24,533 nucleotides of DNA from a plasmid. Every line of letters starts with the position of its first letter. The first letter of the stretch is position 1. The stretch is from the sequence record NZ_CP021968.1; one strand, 5' to 3'. Under the pieces are notes generated by a model. The model was not told where the DNA came from. It ran no database searches and was given only the letters and a program-made list of their open reading frames with translations. This document shows positions 8,041 through 15,623 of the stretch, in pieces. Position numbers and translations under genes: made by a program.

Positions 8041-9083
8041 GGTAGATTGCAAATTTAATCCGAATTTTTTGACAAATTAGTCAGCATCACTTGGTAAGGT
8101 GTTTGCCAGTTAAGTACTTTAAGGGGGCGCTGGTTAATTTCGAGTAACGTCGTTGTTAAATCTTGAGCACTAATGTGCTCAAAACAAGTCCCCTTAGGGT
8201 AAAAATAACGTAAGTTCCGATTGAATCGTTCATTACTGCCGCGTTCAGCGGGCGTGTAAGCATGGCAGTAATAGGTATGAATACCGTATTGTGGTTCAAA
8301 TGACACTAGATTGCTAAACTCAGTTCCACGATCGACAGTAAAGGTGTGTACCGGTCCCTTAAAAGTTGTTAGAAACATAGTTAGGGCTTCATTAACAGTC
8401 GCCGCTGTCCGATCTTTTAATCGGTAAGCCCAAAGAAAACGTGATTTGCGATCAATTAGCGTTAATAAAGCAACCTTGCTATGTCCACGAGGTCCAACCA
8501 CTGTATCTATTTCAAAATCACCGATGCGGTTACGTTGGTTAATCACAATTGGTCGTTGTTCAATTGAACGCCCTAATGATTGATTATATTTAGAACGTTT
8601 GTCAAGGTTACGCCGTTGGCGTAGCCCATGTTCAGGTAGTTCACTCAAGGAGAATTCAATTTTCCCCTGATATAGCCAATTATAAATAGATTTAGTGGCT
8701 AGTTTAAGCTCATGCGCAATCACTTCCGGTGACCATCTTAGACGTAAATGGTTTAGAATGGTTTGCTTTAATTTGGCATTCAGTTTAGTTTTTCGGCCAC
8801 AATGCGCCCGTTTATATTCAGCGTTGGCCTGTGCTAATTCAGCTTGATAAGGTTGACAACGAGATAATTCATAAGAAATCGTAGACGGAGATCGTTTTAA
8901 CCGCTCAGCCATTTGGATATTGGTCAGTCCTAGCTCACAAAAGGTTTCGATTTTAATTCGTTCAGAATAGGTTATACTAGACAAAAGATCAGCTCCTAAA
9001 AAATGGGTTTGTGGTAAACACCATTTTAAAGGAAGCTGATCTTTTTTGTCCGAACAGCGTTCGGATTAATTTTACAATCTACC
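8041..9083 (-). mobile_element. IS30-family insertion sequence, copy 1, intact (1043 bp)
   Basis: Terminal IRs ggtagattgcaaatttaatccgaa (8041-8064) and ttcggattaattttacaatctacc (9060-9083). Flanking ATAG duplication (8037-8040 and 9084-9087) within an IS3 end. Confidence 0.85.
8055..8984 (-). CDS. IS30-family DDE transposase
   Basis: 309 aa. N-terminal HTH (…LGLTNIQMAERLKRSPSTISYELSRC…). DDE region (…DFEIDTVVGP…FTVDRGTEFS…HAYTPAERGSNERFNRNLRYF). TTG start with AGGAG RBS 8 nt upstream. Confidence 0.9.
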   Translation of the reverse strand: MSSITYSERIKIETFCELGLTNIQMAERLKRSPSTISYELSRCQPYQAELAQANAEYKRAHCGRKTKLNAKLKQTILNHLRLRWSPEVIAHELKLATKSIYNWLYQGKIEFSLSELPEHGLRQRRNLDKRSKYNQSLGRSIEQRPIVINQRNRIGDFEIDTVVGPRGHSKVALLTLIDRKSRFLWAYRLKDRTAATVNEALTMFLTTFKGPVHTFTVDRGTEFSNLVSFEPQYGIHTYYCHAYTPAERGSNERFNRNLRYFYPKGTCFEHISAQDLTTTLLEINQRPLKVLNWQTPYQVMLTNLSKNSD

Positions 9084-9362
9084 ATAGGAGTATCTTTATA
9101 TCAATTCGTTATTCACAGGATTTTAAAGATTTACCGGTTAAACTTCACCACGAAGGTCGTTCACTTAAATCATTAGCAGAGGAGTTTGGACCTCCAAAAG
9201 ATTCTATTGCTATTTTGGAAGCAAAAAAGAAATTTTATCACGCAGAGCGTGACAGGCATTGCGTGTTCATCTTACTAGCCAAAAAATAGTCCGTGATGTG
9301 GGATTGCCGCTAATCAACCAATTTTTAGCACAAGGCACGCACTTGTGCGTATTTTAAGTGTA
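9084..9362 (+). mobile_element. IS3-family type 1, copy B, continuation after the IS30 (orfA region). Truncated at about 9362.
   Basis: Collinear with copy A 6633-6890 (…ttagcacaaggc…gtgcgtattttaagtg…). Homology stops at about 9362 before the LacY-like gene. Confidence 0.6.
9098..9289 (+). pseudogene. IS3-family OrfA (HTH) remnant of copy B
   Basis: The frame of track ORF 9011-9289 from about 9098 reads ISIRYSQDFKDLPVKLHHEGRSLKSLAEEFG…, OrfA-like. No canonical start codon follows the AGGAG at 9086-9090. The upstream part of the track ORF runs through the IS30 IR and is spurious. Confidence 0.4.
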
Positions 9363-9399
9363 CGGGAAATCAAATTTACGCAAATATGAGCTTTAAAGG

Positions 9400-10488
9400 T
9401 TAGACATCGGACTCCCCTTTAAAATAAAGAGGTACCGCTACTTTTGAGACTGAATCATTTCTCAAAGAAACCATAGACGCTAAGAACACAACAAATACAA
9501 ATATTCCCAGAGCCATGTATGTGGTTCTAAAACCAACCGAGTCATACATTATTCCCACTAAAGGTGCAAACACAATAGTACCAAATTGAATAAAGAATTG
9601 GTAACCAAACAAATAAAGCGTCGATGATAATCTTGATTCAAAGTGCAAATCTAAATACTTAAAGACTGCAATCAGCAGTACTGGTAATTCAAATGAATGC
9701 ATCAGCTTAATGGTTGCAATTAGCACAGGTCCCACAACAACACCTGACAAAGTAATACGACTTGCCATAATAAATGCTGCAAAGAGCAATGATTTTTTAG
9801 GCCCAATCTTATTAACTATACTTGGTGCAACAAACATCATTCCCGCTTCCAAGAAGACTTGGAGGGAATTGAGATAACCGAACATTTCATTGCCTGTCTT
9901 TAGATTAGCAAATTGATTTGCAAAATAACGCGGGAATTGTTGATCATAAACTCCGTAAACACATACAATGCACAAAGAAAATAGTGCAAAAGCCCAAAAA
10001 TCTTTTAGCTTAAGCAACGTTAGAATATCGTGGAAAGAAACAGAACTGGCTGCTTCTTTCTCTGTATCGGACACTGCTATCTTAGTAGACATCACAATTA
10101 CCAATAAAATAGCACCACTGGCCGAAGCTAACCAAAAATTATAATCTGGATTGATATTATAAACAGCTCCAGCAAAAAAGGTCGCGGTTGCCCAGCCCAG
10201 AGACCCCCACATCCGCGCTTTTCCATATTCGAAATGATACTTTCGTCCTGTTTTTTCAATATAAGATTCCAATGGACCCATTGAAAATGATGAGCTTAGA
10301 ATTATGGCACCTATAATTGCACCAAAAATGAAATTGCTTCTCAATAGTGGTTCATATACAAAAATAAAAAACGGCGCAGTTAGCGTGAGTGAAATCGCAA
10401 AGAAATATAATAAATTCTTTCTATTACCAAATTTATCAGAGATATAACCAAAAATTGGTTGAGAAAATAATCCAAATACTGCATTTAT
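9400..10488 (-). pseudogene. Second LacY-type (OHS family) sugar permease, 5'-truncated by IS6 insertion
   Basis: The frame stays open from 9400 up to the IS6 IRL at 10489. It translates as …FSQPIFGYISDKFGNRKNLLYFFAISLTLTAPFFIFVYEPLL…FEYGKARMWGSLGWA…KLMHSFELPVLLIAVFKYL…. This aligns with LacY from about residue 55 onward. The first TM helix or helices and any promoter are missing. Confidence 0.8.
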
Positions 10489-11298
10489 GGTTCTGTTGCA
10501 AAGTTTCCTGATAAACTAATTTTAAGATAGAATAGAGGAAAAAGATAGCTTGGAGGACAAAAGATGGATCACTTTAAAGGCAAACAATTTCAGGAAGATG
10601 TAATTATTGTCGCTGTAGGTTACTATCTTCGATATAATCTAAGTTATCGAGAAGTTCAAGAAATTCTTTATGACCGTGGAATTAATGTCTGTCATACAAC
10701 CATTTACCGTTGGGTACAGGAATACGGTAAAGTCCTGTACCAAATTTGGAAAAAGAAAAATAGACAGTCTTTTTATTCGTGGAAAATGGACGAAACCTAT
10801 ATCAAAATCAAAGGAAAGTGGCACTATTTATATCGAGCAATTGATGCAGATGGACTAACTTTAGATATTTGGTTACGTAAAAAGCGAAATACACAAGCAG
10901 CATATGCGTTTTTAAAACGATTAAAGAAGCAATTCGGAGAGCCAAAGGTTCTCGTTACAGACAAAGCCCCATCTATAGGTAGCGCGTTTAAAAAGCTACA
11001 GAAAAACGGATTCTATCTAAAAACAGAACATCGAACGGTTAAATATCTCAATAATCTCATTGAACAAGATCATCGTCCAATTAAACGTCGCAGTAAATTT
11101 TACCAAAGCCTTCGTACGGCCTCTGCCACGATTAAGGGCATGGAAACCATTCGAGGAATATATAAAGAAAGCCGAAAAGAAGGAAATCTCTTCGGCTTTT
11201 CAGTCTGTACTGAAATTAAAGTTTTAATGGGTATCCCAGCGTAATTTATTGTAAAACAATTAGTAGTATGATTTGTTTTTAAACTTTGCAACAGAACC
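10489..11298 (+). mobile_element. IS6-family insertion sequence (IS1216/IS1297/ISS1-like), 810 bp
   Basis: Terminal IRs ggttctgttgcaaagttt (10489-10506) and aaactttgcaacagaacc (11281-11298). No 8-bp target duplication: the flanks are gcatttat and taaaaaac, so it sits at a recombinant junction. Confidence 0.9.
10564..11244 (+). CDS. IS6-family transposase
   Basis: 226 aa, MDHFKGKQFQEDVIIVAVGYYLRYNLSYREVQEILYDRGINVCHTTIYRWVQEYG… with the DDE core (…KMDETYIKIKGKWHYLYRAIDADG…LVTDKAPS…IEQDHRPIKRR). Confidence 0.9.
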   Translation: MDHFKGKQFQEDVIIVAVGYYLRYNLSYREVQEILYDRGINVCHTTIYRWVQEYGKVLYQIWKKKNRQSFYSWKMDETYIKIKGKWHYLYRAIDADGLTLDIWLRKKRNTQAAYAFLKRLKKQFGEPKVLVTDKAPSIGSAFKKLQKNGFYLKTEHRTVKYLNNLIEQDHRPIKRRSKFYQSLRTASATIKGMETIRGIYKESRKEGNLFGFSVCTEIKVLMGIPA

Positions 11299-11768
11299 TA
11301 AAAAACCAAATTATTTACACACTGATATGGGCAGTCAGTTCACTAGTTTTGGCTTTGAAAATTTGTTAAAGCGAGACAAAATTGATCATTCATATTCAAA
11401 ACTAGGATATCCATATGATAATGCCAAAATTGAAAGTTTTCACTCCCTATTAAAGCGTGAAATGATTTATCAATTCCGGTTTCCATCGATTGCACATCTA
11501 ATTTTAGATGTGTCCAAGTATATTCATTGGTTCAACAACGAAAGAATATCCATATGATAATGCCAAAATTGAAAGTTTTCACTCCCTATTAAAGCGTGAA
11601 ATGATTTATCAATTCCGGTTTCCATCGATTGCACATCTAATTTTAGATGTGTCCAAGTATATTCATTGGTTCAACAACGAAAGAATTAGTCTTGCCAATC
11701 AAAAAATAATAGTAGCCTAATCAGTTCAGCCCTAGATAAAAAATATTCCGAATTATTGACTTATGAGC
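11299..11768 (+). mobile_element. IS3-family type 2, 3' fragment, abutting the IS6 right IR. Contains a 139-bp tandem duplication.
   Basis: Collinear with 21236-21569 of the full copy (KKPNYLHTDMGSQFTSFGFENLL…PYDNAKIESFHSLLKREMIYQFRFPSIAHLIL…). Ends …ttattgacttatgagca (right IR) at 11768. Confidence 0.85.
11407..11684 (+). repeat. 139-bp direct tandem duplication (2 copies) inside the IS3 orfB remnant
   Basis: 11407-11545 and 11546-11684 are essentially identical (atatccatatgataatgccaaaattgaaag…caacaacgaaagaat). 139 is not a multiple of 3. Confidence 0.9.
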
Positions 11769-11818
11769 ATTTATCTATCTAAGTTTCATCAATGACGTTG
11801 ATTAATTCGTATTACTAT

Positions 11819-12148
11819 TTATTTGTTTTTCAAACGTGCATCACGCGCTTCTAGTGTATCAGTCTGTAAGGAAAATGACTTTTGTTCACTACTACTTAGA
11901 TTATCTATAAATGCTTGTAGAGCTAGATCTAAAGCACTCTTTTGGCTGTCTGCATATCCTAAGTTGGCTATGGCTTGTAATTTATTCCTTGAATGGTTGC
12001 TGATTTTCAAGTTTGTGTCGAATGATACGCTAGTAGCTGGTACGGCTGGTTTCTTTTCTGTTGTAAAGTCTTCTGCCTTGGCAATTACTTTAGGGGCAAT
12101 ATTTTTTTTATTTCTGTTTGATTGGATGAGTGAATTAGCCATGTTCAA
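11819..12148 (-). CDS. Small partition / centromere-binding protein (ParG/ParB-like, putative RHH)
   Basis: 109 aa directly downstream of parA, overlapping it by 14 bp. Basic, low-complexity N-terminal tail followed by a strand-helix-helix-like segment (VSFDTNLKISNHSRNKLQAIANLGYADSQKSALDLALQAFI). Typical type Ib layout. Confidence 0.5.
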   Translation of the reverse strand: MNMANSLIQSNRNKKNIAPKVIAKAEDFTTEKKPAVPATSVSFDTNLKISNHSRNKLQAIANLGYADSQKSALDLALQAFIDNLSSSEQKSFSLQTDTLEARDARLKNK

Positions 12149-12944
12149 TGTCCTCTATTCTTTTTAGCATTTCGTCTGTTACTTTTTCATAAACAGCAAA
12201 GACATTTTTGTCGTGTTTACTATTAAATGTTATACCTGTAATGCCATATCTTTTTATTCGTTGCATTGCGTGTATTTTAGTGTCAAGAATATTACTTTTA
12301 CCAAACGTCTCAGTTGCATTGATAATAGTTGCTTCATCGACTGGTGCACCAGCTTGCATTAGTACGGCCAATATACCAATTAGTTCTAGTCTAGGTGCTT
12401 CGTAAGTGTCTATTACTTCGTCTTGAATATACTTGATAAATGTTTCTGCTCCGGTAAAGCTTGCTTCATGTGTTTGCATGACAATTAAACTATAATCTGA
12501 AGCGTATAAGGCACTATCTGTGATTAATGAAATTGTTGGTGGAATATCAATTATTATATAGTCATAATTTATTTTCACTGGAGTTAATAGTTTATCAAAT
12601 TGTTTTACTCGATCATTATAGTCCTTAAACCTCTCCATATATCTTGGATATAAGGAGAAATCAGGAGCAGAAGCCATTAGGTCTAAATTTTCCATGATGT
12701 TTATTATAGAATGAGATAAATCCCCTTCCTCTATACTAGACATTAAAGATTTATCAAACGTCACCATTTGATCAGTTAAATTCGCTTTTGTCTTTAGATA
12801 TAAAGTTGTTGCGTTTCCTTGGGGGTCTAAGTCTACTAAAAGAGTTTTAAAGTTTCTTTTACTTAATTCTAGGGCAACCATTGTGGAGTTTGAAGTTTTT
12901 CCCACACCACCTTTGAAGTTCCCAAACGTTATAACTTGTGTCAT
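12135..12944 (-). CDS. parA: ParA/Soj-family partition ATPase
   Basis: 269 aa with the deviant Walker A (FGNFKGGVGKTSNST) and …LLVDLDPQGNAT… RBS AAAGGG upstream. Confidence 0.9.
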   Translation of the reverse strand: MTQVITFGNFKGGVGKTSNSTMVALELSKRNFKTLLVDLDPQGNATTLYLKTKANLTDQMVTFDKSLMSSIEEGDLSHSIINIMENLDLMASAPDFSLYPRYMERFKDYNDRVKQFDKLLTPVKINYDYIIIDIPPTISLITDSALYASDYSLIVMQTHEASFTGAETFIKYIQDEVIDTYEAPRLELIGILAVLMQAGAPVDEATIINATETFGKSNILDTKIHAMQRIKRYGITGITFNSKHDKNVFAVYEKVTDEMLKRIEDIEHG

Positions 12945-12960
12945 CTTTACCCTTTCTTAA

Positions 12961-13210
12961 TGTAGTGCTGTAGTTCATTATTTCTAGAACTAATGAATAC
13001 TATAGTGTAGTAATGCTAGTAATAGATAGTCTATCAGTGCAATAGTGCAAGTTAATTAAAAATAAGTCCATATAATGTTATTATAACAGCATTTCATGAA
13101 AGTACAATAGTGCAAGTATAAAAACACTACATAGTACTTAGACTATGTAGTGTTAGAAATAGATAGTGTTAGAAATAGATAGTTCTAGTGTGCTATAGTG
13201 CTATAGTGCT
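12961..13210. repeat. Iteron / operator-rich region upstream of parA: candidate centromere (parS-like) and/or replication iterons
   Basis: caatagtgcaag ×2 (13040, 13106). tgttagaaatagatag ×2 in tandem (13152-13183) plus aatagatagtc (13021). gctatagt tandem (13193-13209). 11-bp-arm palindrome cactacatagt-acttag-actatgtagtg (13125-13152). ttctagaa palindrome (12983-12990). Confidence 0.7.
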
Positions 13211-13223
13211 AAGCGCAAAAGTT

Positions 13224-13253
13224 TTGACATTTTGCTTTTGTTGATGATACAAT
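13224..13253 (+). promoter_or_regulatory. Strong sigma70-like promoter with extended -10, reading into a non-coding structured region
   Basis: -35 ttgaca (13224-13229), 18-nt spacer, tgatacaat (13245-13253). No credible ORF follows for about 800 bp. Confidence 0.5.
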
Positions 13254-13690
13254 GACAATTGAATCAAGGAAAAAAGAATAAAAGAAAAGCCACCAAGGAT
13301 TGCCGTCCTTGATAGCTACGTAAATCTTATTTGTTTTGGTTAACGTAACTATATTATATAACATAACCTTTGTGTTGTAAATGTGGGTGATTTCAAAAAG
13401 AGTGAAGCCAAACACTTTAAGGGGTAGGGCATATATGACGTGTAGGGGGTAGTTACCTAGAGTAACTCGGAAGAGCCAAATCGCTGTATATGGTATACGA
13501 AAAAATAGACAAGTGCCATTTTCCCAGACACTACTGTACAAAAACATTTGGGTGCTACACAAACAATCCATACTGGGCGTGTAGTAGGGTGAGAGCGACC
13601 ACAAACGGCTCGGCAGGTAAAACGGTGTCTACGGACACAGGGCTTGTATTTAAGTTGTAGCGCGAAAAAAGATAATAAATATAGTGATAC

Positions 13691-13713
13691 AGCGCCAATA
13701 AGGGCGTTTTTTT
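13691..13713 (+). terminator. Weak intrinsic terminator candidate closing the non-coding transcript
   Basis: agcgcc-aataag-ggcgtt stem (4 GC pairs plus wobble) followed by TTTTTTT. Confidence 0.3.
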
Positions 13714-14072
13714 ATTGGTTTAATGAATAAAGTAATTAATTAAAGCAGGCGGGTAAAACCAAAGCTTGTATGGATAAGGTGACGGACGACTGAACGATCG
13801 GTCAAGTGTTTGTTAACAGTAAAGTTTTCTTCTTCCCAAAACAAGGGGGAAACTAATTTCAGTTCAAAACTCCCTCACTCTCAATCAAGCATTTGTAACT
13901 TCCTGTGTCAACAAATTTTTATGGTTCTTCTAAAGATAAATTCCAGTTTTTCAGACAATTAGTTTATTATTACTTATTCTATTAGTATGATATGTCTATT
14001 TTAAGTACTTTATAAGAAAATATAGTATAATAATATATACAAAGATATTGACGTATATACAAGGAGTTTCAA

Positions 14073-14366
14073 ATGACTGCATTAGTAAAAAATAAACAGT
14101 TTAGTTTTCGTACAAATGATGAATTACTTGTTAAAGCGCAAAAGATTGCTGCTGCTGAGCATTTTGATATGGCTACAATTTTTAATTCAGTTTTAGAAAA
14201 GATGGTGGCTCAAGATGATGTTCCTGTTGAGCTAATTGATGAAAAACAAAAACGTCAAGATAAAATTATTCAGTCTTTGTATACTGAAATAGACCAGGGT
14301 TATCAGGACTATAAAAATAATCGTGTAAAAGGGATTGATGAGGCGTTTTCAAAGTATGGCGCATAA
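14073..14366 (+). CDS. Type II antitoxin, RelB/DinJ-like
   Basis: 97 aa (…FSFRTNDELLVKAQKIAAAEHFDMATIFNSVLEKM…), DinJ-like. RBS AAGGAG. Overlaps the downstream toxin gene. Confidence 0.6.
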   Translation: MTALVKNKQFSFRTNDELLVKAQKIAAAEHFDMATIFNSVLEKMVAQDDVPVELIDEKQKRQDKIIQSLYTEIDQGYQDYKNNRVKGIDEAFSKYGA

Positions 14367-14676
14367 TATTTTGATTACTGCTGCTGCGCAAAGAGATTTA
14401 GATGATATTTTTGAATATATCAATGAAAAATTTTTAGCCCCACAAGCGGCAATTAATACATTAAGTAATATCAAATTATCAATTTTAAAAATAGCTGAAA
14501 TGCCAGAAATAGGCATCGATGTTTTCAAGAGATTGCATAAAAAATTTAAAATTTCAGAAACATTAAGGATGATTCCTGCTGGAAATTATTTAGTATTTTA
14601 TATTATTTCAGATCAAGACTTGGTTATTTTACGAGTCCTTTATCAACGACGAAACTGGTTAGAGATTTTTGGTTAA
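14356..14676 (+). CDS. Type II toxin, ParE/RelE superfamily
   Basis: The internal ATG at 14356 gives MAHNILITAAAQRDLDDIFEYI…YLVFYIISDQDLVILRVLYQRRNW, a ParE/RelE-like fold signature. The 11-bp overlap with the antitoxin is typical TA coupling. Confidence 0.65.
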   Translation: MAHNILITAAAQRDLDDIFEYINEKFLAPQAAINTLSNIKLSILKIAEMPEIGIDVFKRLHKKFKISETLRMIPAGNYLVFYIISDQDLVILRVLYQRRNWLEIFG

Positions 14677-14760
14677 AATCTCAGGAAATGTTTGTTGCAG
14701 AGGTTATCTAATGTTGAAAAAGGGTAGAAAATGAAAAATAGGAATAGCTTAGATACTATT

Positions 14761-14947
14761 ATTATATTTTGCTCGTATACTGAAAATCCGGACTGCTTTA
14801 TTTCTAGGGCATAATCCGAGATAATCAAGTATAGGAGTTTTTTTATATTATGAAAGCTAAGCAATACTCAACAGAATTTAAGTCATCAATTGTTGCCTTG
14901 TATAACGAGGGACGTTCTGCTAATTCTCTAGCCAATGAATACCATTT
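14761..14947 (+). mobile_element. IS3-family type 2, 5' fragment (left IR plus orfA N-terminus)
   Basis: tgctcgtatactgaaaatccggactgctttatttctagggcataatccgagataatcaagtataggag… is near-identical to 20341-20525. The orfA start at 14850 reads MKAKQYSTEFKSSIVALYNEGRSANSLANEYHL and then diverges, with a stop at 14967-14969. Confidence 0.85.
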
Positions 14948-14998
14948 GAACCAGAAACAATTCAATTAATCAGTTATTGGGTAAGAACCCCAGAACAA

Positions 14999-15283
14999 AT
15001 GAGATCATTTATTGGCATAATATTAAATGCAAGAAAAGATATTCAAGCTGATATAGAAAAACAAACAGGACGTCCAGTAACAATTATCATGGATATGGAA
15101 CCAGAATTACAAAAGGGAATAACGACTACACTTAGAAGATATTTTAAAAGCATTAGAAATACAGATAATAAAAACAAAAAAATTAATAGTCCTGAAAATT
15201 ATCTGTATATCTCAATGAAGAACTACTTTGGATATTGGTATAACTCTGAAATGGCACAAAGAAACAAGGAAGCGTCTAATTAA
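14999..15283 (+). CDS. Hypothetical protein, possibly the 3' remnant of a gene cut by the IS3 fragment
   Basis: 94-aa ORF. Its frame stays open upstream to about 14942 (…PFEPETIQLISYWVRTPEQ-MRSF…), i.e. into the IS3 junction. No family recognised. A weak hairpin and T-tract follow at about 15284-15302. Confidence 0.25.
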   Translation: MRSFIGIILNARKDIQADIEKQTGRPVTIIMDMEPELQKGITTTLRRYFKSIRNTDNKNKKINSPENYLYISMKNYFGYWYNSEMAQRNKEASN

Positions 15284-15435
15284 GCGTTTAAGCTTGTTTT
15301 TTTGAATGACGTATAAAACCAAGCATTAAGTCATAAAACGCCTGATACGCTTAATAAGAAGCAATTAAGACATAAATAACTAGTCCATTATATAATTGAC
15401 TTAGAAGACAAATACATTTAGCAGGAGGAAATATA

Positions 15436-15621
15436 ATGAATAAACAAAATGTTTTTGATGAACTATTGTTAGAAGCTGAGAAAACCAACTTACAAGTTTT
15501 AATGGATAATGCTTTAAACGAAAAAGATCCCGACAAGAAAAAAGTCTTACATGCAATTTATACGTATGCGCTTGATAAAAAACAGGACGAACTACTTAAA
15601 GACAAAAAGTTTGTTATTTAA
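15436..15621 (+). CDS. Small acidic helical protein, a candidate antitoxin partner of the downstream P-loop protein
   Basis: 61 aa with a strong RBS AGGAGG 7 nt upstream. Its stop overlaps the next start (TAATTATG), suggesting translational coupling. Confidence 0.4.
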   Translation: MNKQNVFDELLLEAEKTNLQVLMDNALNEKDPDKKKVLHAIYTYALDKKQDELLKDKKFVI

Positions 15622-15623
15622 TT

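Noticed and set aside
9011-9100. 5' part of track ORF 9011-9289
   Set aside because: It runs through the IS30 terminal IR and the IS3 end. Only the part from about 9098 corresponds to the IS3 OrfA remnant.
10639-11291. Small ORFs inside or antisense to the IS6 transposase (10639-10824 -, 10670-10858 +, 11100-11291 -)
   Set aside because: They overlap the intact IS6 transposase CDS in other frames or on the other strand.
11823-12405. Plus-strand ORFs 11823-12167 and 12208-12405
   Set aside because: Antisense to parG-like and parA. Hydrophobic, low-complexity translations typical of AT-rich antisense frames.
13209-13604. 131-aa minus-strand ORF in the non-coding region
   Set aside because: No RBS and a W/F/Y/C-rich improbable composition. 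The region carries a promoter and terminator on the opposite strand and looks non-coding or RNA-like. An RCR pC194-type nick-like CTTGATA at 13303-13309 was also noted, but there is no RCR Rep anywhere, so it is probably chance.
13740-13790. DnaA-box-like tggataagg (7/9 match to TTATCCACA on the complement)
   Set aside because: A single imperfect box is not sufficient to call a DnaA-dependent origin.
14673-14864. 63-aa minus-strand ORF
   Set aside because: It crosses the IS3 left IR and the spacer. No support.
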